Source: a bacterium
GTDB taxonomy: Bacteria > Babelota > Babeliae > Babelales > UASB340
Direction of reading: 5' to 3'
NCBI GenBank assembly: GCA_030629005.1
Contig: DAOVPV010000001.1
Location: forward strand, 57,427-121,426
Length of the DNA stretch: 64,000 nt
Below, piece by piece: positions 16,568-25,375 of this stretch (positions within the stretch are counted from its first letter, which is position 1; each line of letters starts with the position of its first letter). Under the pieces are notes generated by a model. That model saw only the letters and a program-made list of their open reading frames with translations. It searched no databases and was not told the DNA's origin. Both the position numbers and the translations under genes were made by a program.

Positions 16568-16843
16568 ATGGTTCGCCCAAGAAAAAGACGTTTTTTAAGG
16601 GGAGACCCAAAGGTTTCATATTTCAAACCTAGAGGAATCCCCTTAAGATCTTTAATGGAAATATCTTTAGGCCCAGATGAATTTGAAGCGATCAAGCTTC
16701 ATGACGTTGATGGTCTAAATCAAACCGACTCTGCTAAACAAATGAAAATCTCTCAACCAACATTTGCAAGAATTTTAAACCGAGCATACAAAAAAATCGC
16801 AACTGCACTTGTTGAAGGCAAAGCTATAAAAATAGAAAAGTAG
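16568..16843 (+). CDS. DUF134 (UPF0251) family predicted DNA-binding protein
   Basis: MVRPRKRRFL..FKPRGIP..L..DEFEAIKLHDVDGLNQTDSAKQMKISQPTFARILNRAYKKIATALVEGKAI matches the DUF134 pattern with sigma-region-4-like HTH. Confidence 0.85.
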   Translation: MVRPRKRRFLRGDPKVSYFKPRGIPLRSLMEISLGPDEFEAIKLHDVDGLNQTDSAKQMKISQPTFARILNRAYKKIATALVEGKAIKIEK

Positions 16844-16847
16844 GCTT

Positions 16848-17087
16848 TTATAAGAAATGTTTTTTAGTAAAAGCCCGACCTGAACCAGACTTTAAGTATC
16901 GTTCAAAATTCATAGCCAACTTTATCCTATTAAAACCAAATAAAGATACTAATTTCCATGGCGCATACTTAGAAGTATAGATACCATCATCAGAATTATG
17001 TTCATTTAAACGACGTTTTAAATTATTTGTAAACCCAATGTAAACTTGATTAGTACTGATCGATTTTATTATATAAACGTAAAACAT
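16848..17087 (-). CDS. small GIY-YIG nuclease family protein
   Basis: 79 aa; FYVYII..VYIGFT (GIY..YIG), LKRRLNEHN, C-terminal FERYLKSGSGRAFTKKHF. Confidence 0.85.
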   Translation of the reverse strand: MFYVYIIKSISTNQVYIGFTNNLKRRLNEHNSDDGIYTSKYAPWKLVSLFGFNRIKLAMNFERYLKSGSGRAFTKKHFL

Positions 17088-17109
17088 TATTATTTCATTT
17101 TTAAATTAA

Positions 17110-17223
17110 GACTGTCCTCCACCGCTCTTACAAGCTATGGCGGACACCTACGACATTTTCTATTTATTATCAAATTAAAACCAACAAAATCACTGGCCCT
17201 GGCCGCCGTAGCCTTGGCGTAGG
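17110..17223. repeat. bipartite GC-rich spacer between tRNA-Gln and the GIY-YIG gene
   Basis: module A 17191-17223 (minus strand CCTACGCCAAGGCTACGGCGGCCAGGGCCAGTG), AT-rich gap, module B 17110-17154 containing GTCCGCCATAGC. Confidence 0.7.
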
Positions 17224-17297
17224 TGGCTGGGATGAGAGGATTCGAACCTCTGTTGACGGAACCAGAATCCGTAGTCCTGCCACTAGACGACATCCCA
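17224..17297 (-). tRNA. tRNA-Gln (anticodon CUG), CCA encoded
   Basis: reverse complement TGGGATGTCGTCTAGTGGCAGGACTACGGATTCTGGTTCCGT..GAGGTTCGAATCCTCTCATCCCAGCCA. Confidence 0.9.
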
Positions 17298-17335
17298 AAA
17301 ATAAACTAGATTCTAACAAATAAGGAGATTTTGTC

Positions 17336-17557
17336 ATGCAAAACAATAATAAAAAGAATAATCAAACAATTCTAAAAAAAATATTTGGTATATTGCTAAT
17401 TCTAATTGGAATCTTGGGACTATTTTTACCTTTTTTACAAGGCATCGTATTTATAACAGCTGGCATAATTCTTTTAGGTAATAAAAAACTGCTAAACTTT
17501 TCCAAAAGATATTATTCAAAAATTAAAGAATATTTCAAAAAAAAATTTAGAAAATAA
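17336..17557 (+). CDS. small two-TM membrane protein
   Basis: 73 aa; IFGILLILIGILGLFLPFLQGIVFITAGIILLG hydrophobic hairpin; basic tail; GGAG RBS upstream. Confidence 0.45.
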   Translation: MQNNNKKNNQTILKKIFGILLILIGILGLFLPFLQGIVFITAGIILLGNKKLLNFSKRYYSKIKEYFKKKFRK

Positions 17558-17576
17558 TAGGCATTCTTCTTTTATA

Positions 17577-17658
17577 ACTGGATCCTGAAACAAATTCAGG
17601 ATAACACGTGCAAGAAATTATCTAATTTGTCATCCTGAACTTGTTTCAGGATCCAGTC
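17577..17658. repeat. inverted pair of the 30-bp palindromic repeat
   Basis: reverse copy actggatcctgaaacaaattcaggataac (17577-17605), spacer, forward copy gtcatcctgaacttgtttcaggatccagtc (17629-17658). Confidence 0.8.
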
Positions 17659-17770
17659 ATATAATAAATTCATATAAATAATATGTAAAAGCATACAAGT
17701 AATTAAGGGCTGCCTTTTACAGCAGCCCCATAATCCCTAGCTATCCCCCCAAATTTTGGGTAATTTTTGT

Positions 17771-19582
17771 TTATTTAACTAGAGATCCTTGCAAATTATG
17801 AATATTACCCGGAGCATTTAATTCTTCTCCAAAAGCTTTAACTTCTTTTTCTAATTCAGGATATTTACCACAAAAGAAATACTCTATCGTTGGCCAATAT
17901 TCTTTTACAATATCAAAATTAGAAGATATTAAAGCTATACGTTTAGCAAAATTTTCTCTTACTGTTCTATATTTTTCATCTTCACCAAATGCAGCCAAAG
18001 AGATTTTATCAAAATTAAAAACAGTTTTTACTGTTTCTAACAAAGTTTTATTTTGTACTCGTTGCAAGAAACCATCTGAATAATCACTTGTCATTAAAGC
18101 CTGTAAAGCTTCTATTTCTTCAGTTACTATTCTTAATTGCTCTTCTATATCTACAACATCTTTTTTGTAATAACCAATAAGAACTTTATGATCTTCTAAA
18201 GCTCTTTTATTTATTAATCTACTAAATACACTCGAATTTCCATCTATGTATTCTTGAACTCTTATTACTTCTGCATAGACTTTATTAAGAGATCTTTCTA
18301 ATTCTTTTCTTTGTTTTAGTAAATCATTCAACCTTATATCTAAAGAATCAGAGCAAACAGGTTCTAAAAGAGTTTTAATATCTTGACCACTAATTTCTCG
18401 ACATTCTTCTACGAGTTTGTAAACAGCCGCTACTACATGTTTTATAATCTCTTTATAATCAACAAAGCTACCCTCTGTGCCAACAAAATAAATCCAGGCT
18501 TCACCATCATTGTCTTTTGAATTAAGATAAGCACCTGAAGCAACTGTAGCGACTAACAATCCTGGTTGACCATCAGATACCTTAACTTGACTTAAATCTG
18601 ATCCAAAATCCTTAGATCCAACAAAACCAAAAGATGTTGTTTGCCCATCAAGCTTTTTAAAATCTTCATATGAGCTAATACTAAAACGCTTAAATGAATC
18701 TGATGCAAAAATATCATCTGATGCTGGAACACTATAAAACTCAACAAAACCTTTTACAGAATTTTTAAAATCTTTTACAGAATCTGAAGATTTAACTTTA
18801 TCAAAACAAGCTCTAGCCATATTTTCATCACTAAAAACATAACCTACAGCTTTTGTTTCTTGTTCTTTAACTGTTAAGTTTTCAAAATCAACATCTTTAA
18901 AACCATTATTAAATGCTACAAACATGTCTTTTATAAATACTGCAAATTCTGGCTCAACAAAATCACCTAATTTGCCAAGAAGCTTTAATGCTGCATTTTG
19001 GCCTAAACTCTTATTTGTTATCATAAGTTTATATGTAAGAGCAGAAAACTCTATGACTTTTAAACTTTGATAGCCTTGCCCCAAGTCTGTTTTGTAAAGC
19101 ATGTAGCTTTTTAACAAAAATTCATCTATCGGAGTAAGTTCGCCATTTTCTGCTATACGCTGAACAAACCATCTAGCATAAGGAGGTATCCCTTCTAACA
19201 AAGCTTGAATATTTCCATTTTCTAAATATTCTTTAACTTTATTAATTGCAATATTAGCAGTAAGCATTTTTGCCAATCCTGCAAAACTAAAATCTTCAGC
19301 CTCACCAGAGTTGTCTCTTACAAAACCAGGTTTTATACCAGTAAATGACTCCGATAATTTACCATGTGCCGGATATCCCCAATCTAAAACCACCATAAAC
19401 CCAGCTCCGGGAATCGGGAACTCGAACTTAGTAGAATCAAAATAATCAAGATTATTTAAGTCCTGAGAAACTGGTGCTAAACTTGCATTAGCAGACACAA
19501 AGAATAAAACTAACAATAGATTAGTGAACAAAAACTTTTGTATTATATTTTTCACAAAAAGCCCCCAATTAAAATAACCCAA
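17771..19582 (-). CDS. large hypothetical secreted protein with C-terminal coiled coil
   Basis: 603 aa; N-terminal hydrophobic signal-like FLFTNLLLVLFFVSANA; no motif I recognise. Confidence 0.5.
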   Translation of the reverse strand: MGYFNWGLFVKNIIQKFLFTNLLLVLFFVSANASLAPVSQDLNNLDYFDSTKFEFPIPGAGFMVVLDWGYPAHGKLSESFTGIKPGFVRDNSGEAEDFSFAGLAKMLTANIAINKVKEYLENGNIQALLEGIPPYARWFVQRIAENGELTPIDEFLLKSYMLYKTDLGQGYQSLKVIEFSALTYKLMITNKSLGQNAALKLLGKLGDFVEPEFAVFIKDMFVAFNNGFKDVDFENLTVKEQETKAVGYVFSDENMARACFDKVKSSDSVKDFKNSVKGFVEFYSVPASDDIFASDSFKRFSISSYEDFKKLDGQTTSFGFVGSKDFGSDLSQVKVSDGQPGLLVATVASGAYLNSKDNDGEAWIYFVGTEGSFVDYKEIIKHVVAAVYKLVEECREISGQDIKTLLEPVCSDSLDIRLNDLLKQRKELERSLNKVYAEVIRVQEYIDGNSSVFSRLINKRALEDHKVLIGYYKKDVVDIEEQLRIVTEEIEALQALMTSDYSDGFLQRVQNKTLLETVKTVFNFDKISLAAFGEDEKYRTVRENFAKRIALISSNFDIVKEYWPTIEYFFCGKYPELEKEVKAFGEELNAPGNIHNLQGSLVK

Positions 19583-19836
19583 AATCCATTAATTTGAACA
19601 TTACAAAACACGATATTAGCACCGACGCAACATAACCTCAAACGCCCCCCAGCTACAGGCAATAATCGTTACACGCAGACTCATCCCAACAAAGCGTCAG
19701 AATGAAAAGCATACAAATAGAAATAAAGCGGTTGCATTTTTAGATCAATTGAATATTCTCAATATTAGGTAGTAATTAATTTGGAACTTATCCGCAAACT
19801 AATTCGGAATCGGGAACGCCCTTACGTATAGAAAGA

Positions 19837-21399
19837 TTGGAGAACTTCATGAATAAAAAAATTAATAATCAATTATTTTTAAAAAACAAAAAACAAAAAG
19901 TTTTTCTGTTTTTAATATCATTTTTATTAATTTTTCTAACTATTTCAACCATAATCTTCTTACGATATAGAAAAAAAACACAACAAGTAGAAATAATCCA
20001 AACAAAAGAACAACCGCCTGAAAAACTAACAATTTTCACCCATGGGTCGTTTGGATCACTAATGGGCTTAATAAACTTTTTTGATGTTATAAACGATGAT
20101 ATTAGTAAAACCAAATACAAAAAAATAATCTCTAAAATGCGCAAAGCCTCTGAATTTTATAGAGCTCAACCGATTATGCAAAGAGGACTTATAAAAATAG
20201 AACCTTCTTTTAACTTATCCTCATCACCAAATACCAATTTTGCAACATATCCACTTATAAAAGCCTATCAAAAGCTAGACAAAAACCTATACTCAAATCA
20301 ATTCAATAACAAATTCTACACATTTGGCTGGAGTGGCCTTTTAAGCCAAAGCAGACGACGCAAAGAAGCAATCCGTTTTTACAATGCATTATCTGAAGAG
20401 TTAAAAAAATTTAATAATCAAAAAACAACTCCAATAATAAGAATTATTAGCCATAGCCACGGTGGAAATTTAACTCTAAACCTTGCAGCGGTTCACACTG
20501 TAATCAATAACTTCAAAAACATCGACTCCATATTACACTCAGCAATAAACAACCATGCCAAAGAAACTTTGCGACTTATGTATGAAGAAATAAAAAAATT
20601 ACCCCAAAAATCAAATCTTAAAAAATTTAATAATCAAAAACGATACGACTATTTTCCGGAAGAAAAAAATATATCTATTGACGAATTCATAATGTTTGGC
20701 TGTCCAATTCAACATGAAACAGAAGCTTTTGTTTTGAATAACTTCTTTAAAAAAATTTATAATATTTATTCTGACGAAGATGTTATTCAAGATTTAGACG
20801 TATTTTCAACAAAAAAAGAAAGTAAACGAAGAATAAAAATAATTAAAAAAGTAGATCTATCAAAAATTCCACAAAGACCACAAATTGTTCAACTAAAAGT
20901 TATGAACGACAGAGAAATGCAAAAAACAATTATAAACGCACAAAAAACATTCAGTCTAAATACCACCAATACACAACAAAACAAACAAAGCGAAAGCTTT
21001 TGGAGAAAACTATTCTCACCTAGCAGACTTTTTTATAAAAAAGAAAAGGACCCAACTCACAAAGAATTATGGTTTATATCATGGGACAAATTTAAAGAAG
21101 ATTCCAATCAACCATTAGAATATTTACCATCAGTTATTTTTACACCATTAATTTTAAAATCTATAGAAAATATAACATCCCAAATAAATGATATAGATAT
21201 AAATATACGATTCACAAAAAAATATTTAAAAGTTTATGCATTCAAGCACAAAGAAAAAATAAAAACGCTTAAAAATAAAGCCTCTGTACCCAAGGCAATT
21301 TTAAATAACATAAAAGATCAGTTACTTAAATGGGCTCCAAACGAAATTTCAATTCAAAAACAATTTGATCTTATAAAAAGTTATCAAGCTAAAAATTAG
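19837..21399 (+). CDS. membrane-anchored putative lipase/esterase (alpha/beta hydrolase-like)
   Basis: TM VFLFLISFLLIFLTISTIIFL; TIFTHGSFGS (HG oxyanion-type) and RIISHSHGGNL (G/S-H-S-x-G-G nucleophile elbow). Confidence 0.55.
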   Translation: MENFMNKKINNQLFLKNKKQKVFLFLISFLLIFLTISTIIFLRYRKKTQQVEIIQTKEQPPEKLTIFTHGSFGSLMGLINFFDVINDDISKTKYKKIISKMRKASEFYRAQPIMQRGLIKIEPSFNLSSSPNTNFATYPLIKAYQKLDKNLYSNQFNNKFYTFGWSGLLSQSRRRKEAIRFYNALSEELKKFNNQKTTPIIRIISHSHGGNLTLNLAAVHTVINNFKNIDSILHSAINNHAKETLRLMYEEIKKLPQKSNLKKFNNQKRYDYFPEEKNISIDEFIMFGCPIQHETEAFVLNNFFKKIYNIYSDEDVIQDLDVFSTKKESKRRIKIIKKVDLSKIPQRPQIVQLKVMNDREMQKTIINAQKTFSLNTTNTQQNKQSESFWRKLFSPSRLFYKKEKDPTHKELWFISWDKFKEDSNQPLEYLPSVIFTPLILKSIENITSQINDIDINIRFTKKYLKVYAFKHKEKIKTLKNKASVPKAILNNIKDQLLKWAPNEISIQKQFDLIKSYQAKN

Positions 21400-21497
21400 A
21401 TTCTTACTAAAAAATGTGGTAATTTTTTAGCAAAATTGTATTCTATATTTTTAATGAACTTTGTTAATAAAGCTGTGAGTCGGTTTGGAGTTATATA

Positions 21498-23945
21498 ATG
21501 CATAAAAAATTTTCTTTAGGTGAAATTTTTCTCTCTATCTTTTTTTCATGTTGTTTATTTTTTTCACTATCAGCCCAAAAGCCGCTGAAAATTAATAAAA
21601 TTGTTATCCAAGGAAACAATCACGTGAAAAAGTACGTAATATTAAATAAATTACCATGGAAAATTGGCCAAGATTTTGATGAATCAAAAAGCAACATCGC
21701 CATCAATAACGTATATTCTTTAGGATATTTCAGACAGGTCAAAATAAAAACCGAAAGACTAAAACACCATAAAATTAATTTATATATAAAACTTGAAGAG
21801 AAAAAACTATTAGCAAAAATAGAATTTGAAGGTAATAAAATAATAAGCAGCAAAAAAATACGTGAAAAGTTAAATCTCGATAAACTAACAACGGTTGATG
21901 AAGAAACAGCTCACAGAATATCCAACAATATAAAAAAACTATACGCAGAAGAAAGCTTTCATAAAACAACAGTAGAAACAAAAATAATATCTGATCCAAA
22001 GACACCGGAAAAAGCAACGGCTAAATTTATCATAGACCAAGGACCTCGCTCCGTAATTAAAAGAGTAAATTTTGTTGGCAATACAAAAATACCAGATAGA
22101 AAATTGCGCAACATGGTAGGAACACAAGAAGAATGGTTACTTGGTTTTATTTCTGATGCTGGTAAATATAAAAAAGACGATTTGGAGATGGACAAACATA
22201 AAATAGAATTTTTATACCGCAACTTAGGATACTTGACAACAACTGTTCAAAAAACAGATTTAAAATATATAAACGGAGGTAAAGAAATAGAAGTTACTTT
22301 CTATATAAAAGAAGGCGATCAATTTATAATCTCCAAGATGAACATAATAGATGACTCGGATGACAAAAGTATTACAGAACAAGAGCAACTAGAATATATA
22401 GAACTAGAAGAAGGTCGGCCATACTCCCAGTCAAAAATAGCAGCATCTATTACAAACCTTAGAAACTTCTGGGGAACAAAGGGTTACATCAATGCCGACG
22501 TTTACCCACAAGTTAAACCAAACGAAGAAACAGATAGCGTAGAAATAGTATTTCATGTTGAAGTTGGGAAAAAACTATATACCAACAGAATAAACATAAC
22601 AGGAAATACCTACACAAGAGATAAAGTTATAAGAAGACAAATCGACATAGAAGAAGGTGACCTTATAACAACAAAAATACTAAACAGATCTAAAGCAAAC
22701 GTTGAATACCTAAGTTTTTTTGAACGAGACGGCGTTAATTGGAAAATTAATAGATTAAATGACACGGAAGCAAATTTAGAATTAAATGTAAAAGAAACAA
22801 AAACAGGCAATATCGGCGGTGGGCTATCTTATGGTAGTGATAAACTAAATCCAAGACCATCACTAAAAGGTCAATTTAGTGTTGAGAAAAAAAATCTACT
22901 AGGCTTAGGATTTGACGGTGGATTTTTAATGCAAGGAAACAGACATGGATTCCAACGTTTAGAAGCAACATATTTTGAACCAGCATTATTCGATTCAGAT
23001 GCATCGGTATTTGCAACATTCTATAAACGCTGGGAAGAATATGAACACTGGGCAAGTGTAGATGTTCTTCCAAAAGAAAGTACCGCCGGCGCAAGCGCAC
23101 GATTTGGTTTTTTACTCCCCAAGCTAGATAAACGCTTACAATTTGTAACAGAGCTCGGAGTTGAACACATAAAAAACAATCAACCTCACGCCATAGGACC
23201 AAACAGTGATATCTTTGAACCAATCGTAAGACAAAAATTCCAACAAGGAACTCTCTCCTGGCTAGGTCTTGATTTAATAAAAGATACGAGAAACCACAAA
23301 GTTTATCCAAATCATGGATACAGATTAATGTGGCACACAAAAATAGCTCCTCCTGCTATAAACGGAGAATATAGTTTTATAAAATCAGAAATAGAGGGTA
23401 GCTGGTATACTCCGCTTATTGGAGACGACAATTTAGTACTTATGGTTCATGCAAAAACAGGAGCCATAACAACTGTTGGTGGAACTTATATAGTAAAAAC
23501 CACAGATGTAAATAATGTTACAACGGAAAGCAGAAAGAATAAAATTATACCTTACAAAGAATTATTCCACATGGGTGGCCAGGATACAGTAAGAGGCTTT
23601 ACATGGGGTGGCATAGAACCTGCATGGATTACAAACAATCCATTAGGTGCAAAATATATGGTACAGTTTAATGCAGAATTAATCTTCCCTCTCATCCCCG
23701 ACTATTCCATGAAGGGACACGTATTCTACGATGCTGGTGCCGGTTGGGATACACCTAAAAGCGAAGTCCACAGGGATGGTTTTATTAAACGAGATAAATT
23801 TAAACTACGTCATGCTGTCGGTTTTGGTTTAAATCTTACACAACCAATGCCGGCTAAAATAGACTGGGGTTATAAGCTAGACAGAGACAAAGCTGCTGGT
23901 GAAAGTGCCCATGAATTCCATTTAAGCATGAATTATGCCTGGTAA
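21498..23945 (+). CDS. bamA: outer membrane protein assembly factor BamA (Omp85 family)
   Basis: 815 aa; signal peptide; repeated POTRA-like units (INKIVIQGNNHV.., IAKIEFEGNK.., IKRVNFVGNTK.., INRINITGNTYTRDKVIRR); C-terminal beta-barrel ending ..HLSMNYAW. Confidence 0.9.
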   Translation: MHKKFSLGEIFLSIFFSCCLFFSLSAQKPLKINKIVIQGNNHVKKYVILNKLPWKIGQDFDESKSNIAINNVYSLGYFRQVKIKTERLKHHKINLYIKLEEKKLLAKIEFEGNKIISSKKIREKLNLDKLTTVDEETAHRISNNIKKLYAEESFHKTTVETKIISDPKTPEKATAKFIIDQGPRSVIKRVNFVGNTKIPDRKLRNMVGTQEEWLLGFISDAGKYKKDDLEMDKHKIEFLYRNLGYLTTTVQKTDLKYINGGKEIEVTFYIKEGDQFIISKMNIIDDSDDKSITEQEQLEYIELEEGRPYSQSKIAASITNLRNFWGTKGYINADVYPQVKPNEETDSVEIVFHVEVGKKLYTNRINITGNTYTRDKVIRRQIDIEEGDLITTKILNRSKANVEYLSFFERDGVNWKINRLNDTEANLELNVKETKTGNIGGGLSYGSDKLNPRPSLKGQFSVEKKNLLGLGFDGGFLMQGNRHGFQRLEATYFEPALFDSDASVFATFYKRWEEYEHWASVDVLPKESTAGASARFGFLLPKLDKRLQFVTELGVEHIKNNQPHAIGPNSDIFEPIVRQKFQQGTLSWLGLDLIKDTRNHKVYPNHGYRLMWHTKIAPPAINGEYSFIKSEIEGSWYTPLIGDDNLVLMVHAKTGAITTVGGTYIVKTTDVNNVTTESRKNKIIPYKELFHMGGQDTVRGFTWGGIEPAWITNNPLGAKYMVQFNAELIFPLIPDYSMKGHVFYDAGAGWDTPKSEVHRDGFIKRDKFKLRHAVGFGLNLTQPMPAKIDWGYKLDRDKAAGESAHEFHLSMNYAW

Positions 23946-24011
23946 AAACACAAAATCAAGCATTTGATTTTTAAAAAAATATGAACTAATCTGGCCTTCT
24001 TAACAATTTAA

Positions 24012-24032
24012 TCGGAAGAAACATTTAATGTT
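24012..24032 (+). repeat. copy 3 of recurrent motif TCGGAAGAAACATTTAATGTT
   Basis: exact 21-mer; its ATG (24028) is the listed start of ORF 24028..24684. Confidence 0.8.
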
Positions 24033-24684
24033 GAGGACCATACTTATGAATAAAAATATTATTTCTAGCTTATTTTTAATTTTATTACTTAATATTAACA
24101 CATCCGTAAAACCGAAAACAGCCGTAGAAGAACTTCCTGAAGACTTATTTGAAGCTTATGAAGGCAAAGCCAATTCTCAAAAATATAAAAGCTTTAAAGA
24201 ATCCGAAAATTACGAAGACGAAAATACTGAAATAGAAAAATCTAGCGAAAAATTAGTTAAGACTCTAAAATTTCTAAAAAATTCTGAATACAATAAACAA
24301 GCTTCCGAAACTTTAAAAGAATCATTAAAAGAAAGCTCCAAAGAATTAGAATCTCAAGATAGAAAAGAAATCAATGATATTCTAAGAAAATTAATCAATA
24401 TTAAAAAAAACAAAAAAAGTTATTCTGAACAATCTGTAAAAAACACAATCTTAAATTCAATAAACAATTTAACCAGCTCCGTAAAAAATGTAACTAGCTC
24501 TACATCAAAACTAGTCTGTATAACAATAATAATATCTTTCGCATACATGAACAACATGCTTACAAGCCACGTACTCCTAGATATTATAGAAGAATTACAC
24601 TATGTAGTTAGATGGGGAGCATGGATCCAAATTGGAAGAGTTGCTCTTGTATCAATACCAATCATTGGTAGTTTCTTTGCGTAA
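24028..24684 (+). CDS. hypothetical secreted/membrane K/E-rich protein (alternative start 24046)
   Basis: 218 aa; signal-like MNKNIISSLFLILLLNINTSV; charged helical middle; hydrophobic C-terminus. Confidence 0.45.
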   Translation: MLRTILMNKNIISSLFLILLLNINTSVKPKTAVEELPEDLFEAYEGKANSQKYKSFKESENYEDENTEIEKSSEKLVKTLKFLKNSEYNKQASETLKESLKESSKELESQDRKEINDILRKLINIKKNKKSYSEQSVKNTILNSINNLTSSVKNVTSSTSKLVCITIIISFAYMNNMLTSHVLLDIIEELHYVVRWGAWIQIGRVALVSIPIIGSFFA

Positions 24685-24754
24685 TTAAAAATCAACTATT
24701 CAATATTTATTATTTTTTATAAACTAAACTTTAATTTAAATTAGGACAGCGTTT

Positions 24755-25375
24755 ATGAAAAAAATATTTATTCTTTTAATCAATCTTTTTTTGCTATTCA
24801 ATTTTGGAATCGCAAAAGAAAAAACAAATCCATTTTCTAAAATAGAAATAACAAGCAACAAAGCCATTGGTAAAAAAGATAACAATCAAGAAAACATTCT
24901 AATCTTTACTTATCTAGAAAATGTGAATATTAATTTTGCAGATAATAGTACAGCAAAGTGTAAAGAGTTAACCATCGAACTTGATACAAAAAAAAAATCA
25001 AACCCTAAAGAAGTAAAAATTACACAAAAAAATATCGATCTTGGTCCGATAACAAAAATAACTTTAAACAAAAATATTTTAATCTCACAAGCTAATAGAA
25101 AAATAAAAGCAGATAACGCAATCTTTTTACCAAATAAAAAAATATGCAATCTTTCCGGGAATATCGAAATAAAACAAGAAAAAAACAATTCTAAAGATCT
25201 ACCAATAACAACAAAATGTAACAAAGCAACTTTAAATTTAGAAACAGATCAAGTTTTATTCGAAGGAAAAACAGATCAACCTGTAAGTACAATAATATCA
25301 TTACAAAATTACCCTAGTCTAATCAAAACAAATAATCGAAAAAAACATTTAATGTTAAAGAAAAAAAATAAATGA
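24755..25375 (+). CDS. periplasmic OstA/LptA-like protein (tentative)
   Basis: signal peptide; repeated beta-strand pattern (IEITSNKAIG.., KCKELTIELD.., KIKADNAIFLPNKKICNLSGNIEI.., KCNKATLNLETDQVLFEGK) as in LptA/LptC-type jellyrolls; located after bamA. Confidence 0.45.
   Translation: MKKIFILLINLFLLFNFGIAKEKTNPFSKIEITSNKAIGKKDNNQENILIFTYLENVNINFADNSTAKCKELTIELDTKKKSNPKEVKITQKNIDLGPITKITLNKNILISQANRKIKADNAIFLPNKKICNLSGNIEIKQEKNNSKDLPITTKCNKATLNLETDQVLFEGKTDQPVSTIISLQNYPSLIKTNNRKKHLMLKKKNK
25336..25356 (+). repeat. copy 4 of recurrent motif (TCGAAAAAAACATTTAATGTT, degenerate left half)
   Basis: palindrome AACATTTAATGTT intact; ends 15 nt before the mutL ATG. Confidence 0.6.

Noticed and set aside
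19583-19836. GC-enriched intergenic spacer as SRP RNA, RNase P RNA or 6S RNA
   Set aside because: I could not find the conserved SRP domain IV motif (GGAA/AGCA loops) or the RNase P GAGGAAAGTCC-type motif on either strand. It is kept only as a regulatory-region remark.
21620-23340. Several minus-strand ORFs inside bamA (21620..22222, 22610..22810, 22876..23340)
   Set aside because: They are antisense shadows of an 815-aa gene with clear POTRA and barrel organisation.
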